From the NCBI GenBank assembly GCA_977030845.1, contig OZ365115.1, positions 36,580,001 through 36,644,000 on the forward strand: DNA of 64,000 bases, written 5' to 3'. Below the pieces are notes generated by a model. It worked only from the letters and a program-made list of their open reading frames with translations, ran no database searches and was not told where the DNA came from. Origin of the DNA: Fimbriosthenelais zetlandica (taxonomy: Eukaryota). The translations under genes were made by a program, and so were the position numbers. This document shows positions 26,797 through 36,984 of this stretch, piece by piece. How positions within the stretch are numbered: position 1 is the first letter of the stretch; every line of letters begins with the position of its first letter.

Positions 26797-28511
26797 TAAA
26801 GTCAATCTTCCATTATTTTGGAAGGGGATAGCCTAAATCTAGATATAACCTTGGAAACAGTTTGTTTCGGTTGTGCCGGGTGAATTGTGTACCATATAAT
26901 GGTCGTATATTTTCTCATTACCAGTAATTTATTCCCTTTCTTCACAAGTGCATACATATTATATGTATTTTAAACTGTCAGTGTTTCGGTCACTTGTTAT
27001 AGTAGAGAACCGATATATTTTCATTGTATTTTCTTCAAAGTCACTATTATGTAAATATAATGTTTATCACAATTTCATGCATGTATATTATAGAGAATTA
27101 TTAATATTTATTTACCAGACTGAAAAAGGTAGATTAATGATGTGACTCCACACTGCAAGGGCTGCAAGGCCATTGCGGCTCAGTGGAGTTGTACCATAAA
27201 CTAAAGACTTAATCTTCCATGGAATTTTGTACACCATGCAAGGTTAGTACCTGATGGCACCTTAACTTATGATGACACCTTAACTTATGTCACCCATGGG
27301 ATCCGTGTTATTCTTGTGCTGACATAAAGCACCAGAGATGATCAAGTTTGGCTCTGTCTTGTTGATATATTTGGCCCAGTGGACTCTTCAAGTCACCTGG
27401 CTTTCATCGCTCTATTTTCTTTATTGCTCCTCCAAGATCATCAACTATAACTTAGAGTAAAATGATTTTACTCTAAGACTATACCTTTCTGCACGTTCAG
27501 TCGGAATTGTAGAGAATTTAATGTAGGGGAAGTGTTGGGAAAATTATGATTCTACGTTTTCCAACTAGGTGTGAATAGTGGGCTGGACATTTCGGAGATT
27601 AATGTGTCTGAGAAATTTGCAGAACAAAGGCAACTGAAGTTCACCTAAGGATGTTACATGTCCTTAAATCCTGTATTTTTTCAAAAGGTTGCAGTCTACA
27701 CTTTTACCCTTCCATCTGATCTTGTCTCTTGACTTAATTCATGGACTACAGTTAAGCCCACATTTGGAAATGGTAACAAAAGTTCCATGTTCGGAATCCT
27801 ATTTCATCGTAAAACAAATTGCCATGGACTTAGCATTGCTAATGGTTGTTCTGGAACAGACTCCACAAGGCTGTAAAACTGACCCGTCTGCTTGCACAGG
27901 ACTACATCTGACCTGGTAGGAAGAAATCCCCGAGAGGGTTTTTGACCTGATGGATATGGTGTGAACTCTGATGTGAACACCCTATTAAGAAAGTGCCACC
28001 TTCCGGCAATGGAAGTTCACACCTTCCACTCGCCATAATGGATACAAGGAAACAAAACCAGACCTTTCATCTTCTTCCGCTTCACCTTTACGATGCGAGG
28101 AAGCTTGCATCCTCAATCCCGCCCTTTCTTATTTAATTTTATAATAAATTGTTACTTTTTTAGAGATAATTTTAATCACTCACTGAAGATCTTTGTGCTG
28201 CAGAAAGCAAACATTTCTAAATACATGCAGCAGGAATGGATTGAATAATGGCAGACCTCCGTTATATATTGAAGAGGGAAACGGGTCGTGGGGTTACGGG
28301 TCTAGATTGAAAAGAATGCAATTGCAAATAATATTTTATTTTTTTTTTTCGTCTCCAATAGGAGGCACAAAGAGTAACATACAATAGAATTTCTGGCGGA
28401 GTAACAGTATTAATGTCAGGAGTACATCTTCATCTTATTGTGGATTGTAAACCTGAAGATCAAACTATATACATTCATATAGAACTTGGTACTGTTATAA
28501 AGTCAATCCAT

Positions 28512-30129
28512 CTATTCAGTATGTCCGTTCTTGGCGGCCTTGAAATCTTTCTTGGCGCTCTCAAACTCTTTGTTGCACTCTCCATACCAATCAGATTCCT
28601 TCATTGTTTTCAACCATGCCCCGAGCTTTGGAAAGCGATCATGAGGAAAAGTGTAACCAACCACCTCAGTGAAAGTGAGGGAAGCTAGGATAAAGATGTC
28701 CGCGATTGTCATCGTATCGCCAGTCGCAAACGTTTTGTCCTTGAAAACGTGGTCCTCCAACCTCTGGAACATTTTCTCCATCTCATCTGGTTTGGATTCT
28801 TCACCTTTGAAGGCACGGGGATACTGGAAGATGGACACATTTGAAATTGGTATTCCATGTAAAACAGAACATTGATAACCCAGATGGCAGCACTGGGAAG
28901 AAAGGAAATGCCAAATGTTGACCAAGGTGGGATGCAAATTCTTTCAAAGGGAATTTGAATCGCAACCCTTACGGATAAAATCTACCGAATCTGGCCTATT
29001 ATCATGAATGAAAAATAAAATAAAAAGACAATCTGAGAAGTTGACAATTTGGACTGACCGCATATGTACCGACGTCCTTGTAGACTATTCCCATGTCTTG
29101 GTATAACATTTTATGGACGATAGCTCGCTTCTGAAGGTCCTTTGGATACAGGTCGCTGTCCGGGGCGTATTTGTCCATTAGATATGCAGCACATGCCCGG
29201 CTAAAAACATAACATTAATATTAATAAAATATCAAAATGTTGATTCATCAGATTTATGGATTTTCATCAAATTCAAGTTGGGAAGGAACTCAAATTGACT
29301 TGACTTAGTTCTAAACAAAAAGCTTTGTACAAATCTACTAAGTTATAATTAAAGGGGAAAATCCTGAAATTGTAACGATGTCAATTTAACTCCCGATGGG
29401 AAGACTTACCTTTCCCACAACGTGAAGTCTCCATCAACCAAGGTCGGTACACAATGTTCCGGATTGATCTAAAAATAAATGTTTCTTTTTCAATTAAAGG
29501 TACGAGTATAGGCCTATGTGAAGTCAATTGTGAAATATATAATGTATAGGTCTATATAGTTAGAGAGGGACCTGCCACATGACCAACCACATGTATAGAC
29601 CGGTCCTATGCGGACTGGATGACCTGTTCCATATAGGCTCGCCTATTATAATTATACTAATTCAGGCTGGCTTCTATTCAAGGAAAAAAGCCAAACGAAT
29701 CTTATGACATTTTATAAAAGGAAGTCCCACGAGATTTAGATAATCTTGACTAGTATAGGATAGATAATTTGGAATAAATTGCAATGTCCAAATGAAATTT
29801 ATACAAATCAAGAAGTTATTCATCCATATTGTCAAACCCTATACGTTTGCTGTATAGAAATTGTAATTTAACGGTATATTATAGTCGGAAAGGCCGGACC
29901 AAAACTGTCAGAGGGCCCATTACCTGTGAATAAGCAAAGACCCAACAATTAAGACAAATTTCGCAAGAACAGCTTACACGTAACTTACCTTGAGGAATTC
30001 TGGTTTATTTTGTTCACCGGTAGAAAGGTCCAGCACCTTGTATTCAGCTTCTATTCCCGCCTTCTTACAAGTCATAATCACTCCACGAGAAGCAGCGCTC
30101 AGCCAACTCACGTAAATGACAGGAGCCAT
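28512..30129 (-). CDS. Cytosolic glutathione S-transferase, delta/theta-type, 217 aa: complement(join(28512..28823,29059..29200,29410..29468,29989..30129))
   Basis: Four exons with GT-AG sites and matching phases (0,2,0). Translation MAPVIYVSWLSAASRGVIMTCKKAGIEAEYKVLDLSTGEQNKPEFLK|INPEHCVPTLVDGDFTLWES|RACAAYLMDKYAPDSDLYPKDLQKRAIVHKMLYQDMGIVY...|...TMTIADIFILASL...FPKLGAWLKTM carries the canonical GST motifs: N-terminal Ser, cis-Pro VPTL, LWES and the TIAD N-cap. Confidence 0.95.
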
Positions 30130-31322
30130 GATTTCTCTATTTATTCTTCGAAGGCTGAATTCACAATGAATTTCAACTGCAGTAGCCTGAGGAATGTAGG
30201 GAGAGAAACGTGGAGATGTCCAGTGGCGGGTCACCTTTCAACTGGTAGCCCAAAATCCACGGGGCAGACAATTTATACCCAAAGGTGCGTTCGATCAGAC
30301 TAAGAAATGATTTAATTATTTGGGCGCGTTTCAGGTTTTTCCAAGACATTCTGTACGTCAGGGGTGGGGGGGGGGGAGCAGAAATCCTACCAGGCAAATG
30401 AATGGCGATTTCTTTTTTCCAATCTCCGCCGAATTATGAAGGAAAAAGTTGGGAATGAAAAGCGAAATAATCATGCACACATCCACTCCCACACACGCCT
30501 AGGCGATTTATTTAAAAAAAAAAAAGAAAAAAAGTTGACCCCCCCCCCCGGTCAACTCCCTTACTAGGCCTATACCCCCCACCCCTCCCCTCCCCCACTA
30601 CTGACACACCCCTACCGCCCCCCCCCCCTCCCCACACACACTCAACATAGACCACGTATATGTGTGCTCCCATGCCTGAAGGCTAGTTAACCTATCACAG
30701 ACGTTGTCCAGAATGCCCTTGTTACTGATTGGTAGACCTACAAACTGGACTAACTAACCCCCCCCCCCTCCCCCCACCCCACAACCCACCTACACTTGTC
30801 TTGGGAAGTGTCTGCGTGGTGGTGACCCCAGGGCACCACTCGATTCACCAATTCACGAATCACTGCATGCGCTTGCCTCGCCACTTCCATTTCTAACTTC
30901 CAATATGATTCTTAATTGCTCACCAATATTTTGAATTCAACTGAAATGATTTTATTATCAATAAACTTAATCGAGAAAACGATACCGGAATGATATTTTT
31001 TCCGTTTTCATAACACTCGAGGTCAATATCGCGAGACATGTTGAACATGTGGTCAAATCCAAAGATCGGAAATCAATAGGTTTTTCTCCAGTTGTAGCCG
31101 TGATTTTACATGCTGGTGGATGCCGTCATGTTATATTGAGGTAGGACTTTGATGTTTATCAGTGTACATTCATTACTTTGTGTTAGAGACGTGTGTGTGA
31201 TTCTTACAAGTGTGTTTGTGTCTGGGAAGGAGGGAGGCCGCTCCCGGAGGGGGTGAGAGAGCGAGTGAGTGGTGGGGCGAGGCCGGGTGAGGGGCGGTCT
31301 GTCACCGATCATGATAGCTACT

Positions 31323-31981
31323 CAAGTGAGAAAGTAATATATTCACTATCTTAGATCAAATATAACAGGTAGTGGAGGGAGATAGCCCCTCAACGATCAA
31401 GTGAGAAAGTAGTATATTCACTATCTTAGATCAATTATAACAGGTAGTGGAGGGAGATAGCTCCTCAACGACCAAGTGACATAGTAAACTACCCACTACC
31501 TTAGATCAATTATAACAGGTAGTGGAGGGAGATAGCCACTTATCGACCAAGTGACATAGTAAAATATCCACTACCTTAGATTAGTTATAAAAGGTAGTGG
31601 AGGGAGATAGCCCCTCAACGATCAAGTGAGAAAGTAATATATTCACTATCTTAGATCAATTATAACAGGTAGTGGAGGGAGATAGCCCCTAAATGATCAA
31701 GTGACATAGTAAACTATCCACTACCTTAGATCAATTATAACAGGTAGTGGAGGGAGATAGCCCCTAATCGACCAAGTGACATAGTAAACTATCCACTACC
31801 TTAGATCAATTATAACAGGTAGTGGAGGGAGATAGCCCCTCAACGATCAAGTGACATAGTAAACTATCCACTACCTTAGATCAATTATAACAGGTAGTGG
31901 AGGGAGATAGCCACTTATCGACCAAGTGACATAGTAAAATATCCACTATCTTAGATCAATTATAGCAAGTAGTGGAGGGAA
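31323..31981. repeat. Minisatellite, 75-bp unit x ~8.8, with an internal 9-bp hairpin stem
   Basis: caagtg recurs at 31323, 31398, 31473, 31548, 31623, 31698, 31773, 31848 and 31923; most units carry ccactacct...aggtagtgg. Confidence 0.97.
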
Positions 31982-32208
31982 ATCCCCAGGTGTCGGACTA
32001 TGGGTTTCCTGAATCACTGTCAGTAGGCCAGTTAGAAGCAAACTCCTGAATGAAAATATAATTACGTCTTAATATTATTATTTCAGACAACCCAGGCTCC
32101 TGCTGCTGAAAAAGGATACCAGCCGAAGTGAGGACAGGAATAGTTACAATACGACATCATTCTTCAAGATCATCTCATGCTGCCAAGTATTTCTAAGGAT
32201 CTGTGATA

Positions 32209-32531
32209 AAACCCTTCATCTGTTGCGTCTGTAGTAGGGACTATTTCTCACAGACTCAACAATAATCATCATTTGCTTTCTGGAAAAACCGACTTAGTGT
32301 GTCTACAAAAACTGTAATCACTCTGGAACTATAAAACTGCATACTGGTATGTGAGAGTTAACAGTGGTGAAAAGCCCTTTTAATGTGCACATTGACGGAT
32401 TAGATTTGGTTTTGTTAAAAGTATGCAAAGTCATATTTCAAGGATCCATGACAAAAAATAAGAAGAAACACTTCACTTGTTATAATTAAATTAATGATTT
32501 TTTCGTATATCCTCTTGAGCACATTGGAGAA
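32209..32531 (+). pseudogene. Decayed zinc-finger coding sequence directly upstream of the ZNF start codon
   Basis: KPFICCVCSRDY at 32209. GEKPF*CAH*RIRFGFVKSMQSHISRIHDK at 32366-32455 has two in-frame stops and parallels intact finger 17 (GELPFQCPHC...HILRIHDK). After a +1 shift in an A-run, KKKHFTCYN*...EHIGE runs in frame into the ATG. Confidence 0.75.
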
Positions 32532-34646
32532 ATGTCCCATATCTGTCCTCTCTGCAAAAAAGGCTTTACTACTGCTGGTAGTATGAAACACCATATGAGA
32601 GTTCACACTGGGGAAAAGCCTCATCTCTGTTCTGTTTGTAAAAAAGGCTTTAGTCAAGCTGGGAATATGAGAGTGCATATGAGAGTTCATACTGGGGAAA
32701 AGCCTCATCTCTGTTCTGTTTGTAAAACAGGCTTTACTACTGCTGGTAGTATGAGAGACCATATGAGAATTCACACTGGGGAAAAGCCCCATGTCTGCCC
32801 TCTCTGTAAAAAAGGCTTTCGTCGTGCTTCTGACATGAAAGCACATATGAGAGTTCACACTGGGGAAAAGCCTCATCTCTGTTCTGTCTGTAAAAAAGGC
32901 TTTACTACTGCTGCTAGTATGAGAAGCCATATGAGAGTTCACACTGGGGAAAAGCCCCATGTCTGTCCTCTCTGTAAAATAGGCTTTAGTCGTGCTTCTA
33001 ACTTGAAAGCACATATGACAGTTCACACTGGGGAAAGGCCTCATCTCTGTTCGGTCTGTAAAAAAGGCTTTAGTACTGCTGCTAAAATGAGAAGCCATAT
33101 GAGAGTTCACACTGGGGGAAAGCCCCATGTCTGCTCTGTCTGTAAAAAAAACTATAGTACCGTTGGTAGTCTGAAAACCCATATGAGAGTTCACACTGGG
33201 GAAAAGCCCCATCTCTGTTCTGTCTGTAAAAAAGGCTTTAGTACCGCTGCTAAAATGAGAAGCCATATTATAATTCACACTGGGGAAAAACCCTATATCT
33301 GTTCTGTGTGTAAAAAAGGCTTTAGTCAACCTAATCATCTGAAAGAGCATATGACAATTCACACTGGGGAAAAGCCCCATCTCTGTCCTGTCTGTAAAAA
33401 AAGCTTTAGTCAAGCTGGGAATATGAGACGGCATATGATCATACACACTGGGGAAAAGTCCCATCTCTGTTCTGTTTGTAAAAAGGCTTTTAGTCATGCT
33501 GATGATGTGAAAAGACATATGCGAGTTCACACTGGGGAAAAGCCCCATCACTGTTCTGTTTGTAAAAAAGGCTTCAGTGATGCTGGTTATATGGAAAAAC
33601 ATATGAGAGTTCACACAGGAGAAAGGCCCCATGTCTGTTATGTCTGCAAAAAACGTTTTAGTCTTGCTCAGAATATGAAAATTCATATTATGAGAGTCCA
33701 CAATGGGGAAAAGCCCCATATCTGTTCTGTCTGTAAAAAAGGCTTTTCTAGTGCTGGTGATATGAAAATACATATGAGTGTTCACACTGGAGCAAAGGCC
33801 CATCTTTGCCCTATCTGCAAAAAAGGTTTTACTCAAGTTGGCAATATGAAAAGCCATATGATACTTCATACTGGAGAACTACCCTTCCAATGTCCACACT
33901 GCACTAGTAGTTTTCCTTTTAAAGGGAGATTGAAAATGCATATATTGAGAATCCATGACAAAACTGCCAAGAAACTCTTCAACTGTGATGATTGTGGAAA
34001 GGCCTTCCTCACCCGAGCTGACTTAAACAGACATGGTATCGTGCACACTGGAGAAAGACCCCATCCCTGTCCTGTCTGCAAGAAAGGTTTTTGTAGTGCT
34101 GGGAATATGAAAGCACATATTACGAGATTACATAATAGAGAGCATTGGGGTAATCACTTAACTGATAGGAGCAACATGAAAAAACAGGTTTTATCTGTCC
34201 ATGAGAAGAAAAAGAGAAAAACTGTCACTGGCAAAGACTCTTCGAGCTCGTCCGTGCCGAAGCTGAAAAAGTCTAACAAGACCCAGATATCAAATGAGAA
34301 TATGACACAACATAAATCCTCTGTAAGCAGAGAAAGGAATATAAGAAATGAAAGTGAAGCTGGTCTTGGTTCTGACAATGCTGAAAATGAAACAGAAATG
34401 AGTGAAAATCGTTCAAATAGTAGACCTCGTTCGGGAAATAGATTTGAAAAACGTGTAAGCCATTCAGTCAGTCGTCATGGGCAGCCTTGTGACATTGTAT
34501 CCACAAAGGCACGAAAAGGACTGTCAAAGAGTAAGGTGGAGGAACTTAGGTCATTTGATTTGTTTCCTTGCAGTGAGTGTGACAATGTTTATACAACTTC
34601 TAACAAACTGATGACGCATGTCAATCTTCATCATGAAAATTGCTGA
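32532..34646 (+). CDS. C2H2 zinc-finger protein, 704 aa: 19 tandem fingers with TGEKP-type linkers, a Ser/Lys/Glu-rich spacer and one C-terminal finger
   Basis: Single uninterrupted ORF; 20 C-x2-C...H-x3/4-H units counted by hand; no KRAB, SCAN, BTB or ZAD domain visible. The start Met may be secondary (see the decayed fingers upstream). Confidence 0.92.
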   Translation: MSHICPLCKKGFTTAGSMKHHMRVHTGEKPHLCSVCKKGFSQAGNMRVHMRVHTGEKPHLCSVCKTGFTTAGSMRDHMRIHTGEKPHVCPLCKKGFRRASDMKAHMRVHTGEKPHLCSVCKKGFTTAASMRSHMRVHTGEKPHVCPLCKIGFSRASNLKAHMTVHTGERPHLCSVCKKGFSTAAKMRSHMRVHTGGKPHVCSVCKKNYSTVGSLKTHMRVHTGEKPHLCSVCKKGFSTAAKMRSHIIIHTGEKPYICSVCKKGFSQPNHLKEHMTIHTGEKPHLCPVCKKSFSQAGNMRRHMIIHTGEKSHLCSVCKKAFSHADDVKRHMRVHTGEKPHHCSVCKKGFSDAGYMEKHMRVHTGERPHVCYVCKKRFSLAQNMKIHIMRVHNGEKPHICSVCKKGFSSAGDMKIHMSVHTGAKAHLCPICKKGFTQVGNMKSHMILHTGELPFQCPHCTSSFPFKGRLKMHILRIHDKTAKKLFNCDDCGKAFLTRADLNRHGIVHTGERPHPCPVCKKGFCSAGNMKAHITRLHNREHWGNHLTDRSNMKKQVLSVHEKKKRKTVTGKDSSSSSVPKLKKSNKTQISNENMTQHKSSVSRERNIRNESEAGLGSDNAENETEMSENRSNSRPRSGNRFEKRVSHSVSRHGQPCDIVSTKARKGLSKSKVEELRSFDLFPCSECDNVYTTSNKLMTHVNLHHENC

Positions 34647-34986
34647 AATGTTCAACATTATAACAACAATTGAGATGAAAAATAAAACAATTAGGCCTAC
34701 TGTTAATAGGCCAACGCAAGTATGACATGTTTTGATTTTGTGATGATTTTAAAAATTGATCTTCACTTCAAGAGATTAAACTTCGTTTCCTTTTACAGTC
34801 AGAACATATATGTGAACTTTCTGGAGTTTTGAAAGCTATATATAACCATGTTTGAATTTTAAGTCCTTTCCATGCTAATTTAAATTCTGCCTTATCCCTT
34901 TTTTCAGGGAGGGAATCCTGGTTGGGACACTCTTCTAAAAGAATTCTATTACATGACCTTTTTGTGTAGGCATGATGCGGAGCTCG

Positions 34987-35002
34987 TGCTGCCACCTGGT
35001 GG
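34987..35002 (-). promoter_or_regulatory. Consensus CTCF-binding motif
   Basis: tgctgccacctggtgg; the reverse complement CCACCAGGTGGCAGCA fits the bilaterian CTCF core consensus. Confidence 0.6.
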
Positions 35003-35452
35003 GTAAATGTGGTGTTAGACGGCCATGGTAGACAGTCGCTGGTTCATTACCTTTGACAGATTTTCCCATTGAAATGTATGAGCATACAACCATACAACTC
35101 AATTATATCAATGTCTAAAGATGGCAAGAAAGGTGAACGAGTGAATCAATGAGTGAAGGGTGGTGGTCACTGGTGTGGAAAACTAGACAGAGCCTCCGTC
35201 CGTCCCCCATAGGAAGTGATATGTATCGATGATGATTAGCATCCGGCTCAATCAACGTAATATTCAGCTTTTAATATTGAATCTGAATGTTTGTAAACTT
35301 ATGAGGGGCGGGTGGGGGGTGCTCTTTGGTTATTGTATTTATTCTTAATAAGGAAATATATTTTTCCCCCTGAAAGGCGATGTACGAATCTGGATTGAAA
35401 TAAATTTATATCAGTCTCAACTCACTTGTTTTTCGTTACAGTTGGCTCAGTG

Positions 35453-35768
35453 GAGGAACGCCTTGTGATATGTATGGGAAGTGGAGGAACGCCTTGTGAT
35501 ATGTATGGGAAGTAGAGGAACGCCTTGTGATATGTATGGGAAGTAGAGGAACGCCTTGTGATATGTATGGGAAGTAGAGGAACGCCTTGTGATATGTATG
35601 GGAAGTGGAGGAACGCCTTGTGATATGTATGGGAAGTGGAGGAACGCCTTGTGATATGTATGGGAAGTGGAAGAACGCCTTGTGATATGTATGGGAAGTA
35701 GAGGAACGCCTTGTGATATGTATGGGAAGTGGAAGAACGCCTTGTGATATGTATGGGAAGTGGAGGAA
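35453..35768. repeat. Minisatellite, 31-bp unit x10 (gaggaacgccttgtgatatgtatgggaagt[g/a])
   Basis: Exact 31-bp period from 35453 to 35763; a further partial copy at about 36317-36334. Confidence 0.97.
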
Positions 35769-35819
35769 CGGCTATAGTGTCACTTGTATAACAATTTGTT
35801 ATACACCTGCTCAATTATA

Positions 35820-35907
35820 GCAGATTCAATGGCCGAGTGGTTAAGCCGTTGGTCTCTCAATAAGAGATTTCTGCTAACATGGGTTCGATTCCAACCCTGA
35901 ACTGCGT
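35820..35907 (+). pseudogene. Degenerate tRNA-like unit (Ser/Leu-type A box)
   Basis: A box TGGCCGAGTGGTTAAG, B box GGTTCGATTCC, acceptor-like pairing gcag(a)ttca/tgaactgc; anticodon arm not canonical. Confidence 0.55.
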
Positions 35908-35977
35908 TTTCACTTCTTTTCCAACTGTCACTGCCCCTCTCTTGTATAACAACTTGTTACACACTTGATCATTTATA

Positions 35978-36060
35978 GCCGGCTCAGTGGTCGAGTGGTT
36001 ATGATGTTGGACTCCCATTTAGAGGGTCACACTAACATGGGTTCGAATCCCCCACAGATC
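35978..36060 (+). pseudogene. Second degenerate tRNA-like unit (diverged tandem copy)
   Basis: A box TGGTCGAGTGGTTA, B box GGTTCGAATCC; shares an upstream ttgtataacaa.ttgtta.acac.tg.tca.ttatagc leader and ctaacatgggttcga with the first unit. Confidence 0.5.
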
Positions 36061-36106
36061 AACATTTTCACAGTTCAGGAAATAGCCAGGGTGATAGGAA
36101 ATAGTA

Positions 36107-36246
36107 TGGGAAATAGTGAAGTAACACCTAGCGGGGTATCTGAATAGTCTAATCTATGGGGAGTAGTGGGGGGTGATGGGAAATAGTGAAGTAACACCTA
36201 GCGGGGTATCTGAATAGTCTAATCTATGGGGAGTAGTGGGGGGTGA
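36107..36246. repeat. Exact 70-bp tandem duplication
   Basis: tgggaaatagtgaagtaacacc...gtagtggggggtga at 36107 and 36177. Confidence 0.95.
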
Positions 36247-36504
36247 GGGACACTCAGCAAGGGTAAGGGTTAGGGTTAGGTTCAGTCAAGGGGGATGGGG
36301 GCCCCTGGTGGCATGTATGGGAAGTGGAGGTAGGAGGAACAGGGTAGGAGCAGTGGGGTAGGAGGAACGAGCGGCGCGGTAGGAGGAGGAGCGAGCAGCG
36401 GGGACACGCCTCATGATGAGAATAAAGAACAAGAAATTGAAATATTTGTTTGTTGCATTTTATTTGACCTTCAAATAGAGTACAGGAGTGATGCCCCTTG
36501 TGGC

Positions 36505-36563
36505 GAGCGAGGGTAATACTAGAGGCGCCACTAGTAGTGGCGCCACTAGTATTACCCTCGCTC
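36505..36563. repeat. 59-bp near-perfect palindrome (29-bp arms, 1 mismatch, 1-nt centre)
   Basis: gagcgagggtaatactagaggcgccacta-g-tagtggcgccactagtattaccctcgctc. Confidence 0.95.
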
Positions 36564-36984
36564 AGGGGTAGGGGTACTAGGAGGGTAAGGTAGGACGTTC
36601 CAGGATCCCAACTGACGCATGGGACATCGAGGTACTGGTCAACCCGGCCCAGATACCCGAAGCACGAATCACATACTGCCCCATCACAGGGCATACGGCA
36701 TGTTCAACCGGGCGCGTTGTTTCACATCTGGGCACCATTCAGACTAACGGAAAAAAAAGAAAGATGTAGAGGGATAGACTGCCTCTAAGGGCGGAATGAA
36801 AAGAAATAAAAAGTGTAGAATATCTTAAAAAGAGAACTAAAGTCAGAATCAGAAGTGATCTGACAGCATGCGGGAAGTGGGAAGGGGAAGAGATGGAGAT
36901 GGGTAATGGGTAAGGTGGGTGCGGGGGGGATGGGGTGCGGGCGGGGCGGGGGGGGGGGGGGAGTGGGGAGATGCAAAAATAATC

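Noticed and set aside
27300-28050. Second tyrosine-recombinase remnant (- strand: KRQDQMEG, SPLFT)
   Set aside because: Only two weak motif echoes; the catalytic H-x-x-R was not found.
31323-31981. Hammerhead ribozyme in the hairpin-bearing satellite
   Set aside because: No CUGAUGA/GAAA catalytic core on either strand of the unit.
32393-32395. TGA at a zinc-ligand Cys position as possible selenocysteine or readthrough
   Set aside because: The same segment also has TAA stops and a frameshift, so decay is the simpler explanation.
32415-33869. 484-aa antisense ORF opposite the zinc-finger gene
   Set aside because: Known shadow effect of C2H2 codon usage; the periodic text mirrors the 28-aa finger and has no independent signal.
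35820-36060. Functional tRNA genes
   Set aside because: Anticodon stems and loops are not canonical and the acceptor stems are imperfect; kept only as pseudo-tRNA or SINE-like units.
36258-36283. Interstitial telomere
   Set aside because: Only two to three imperfect TTAGGG units; too short to call.
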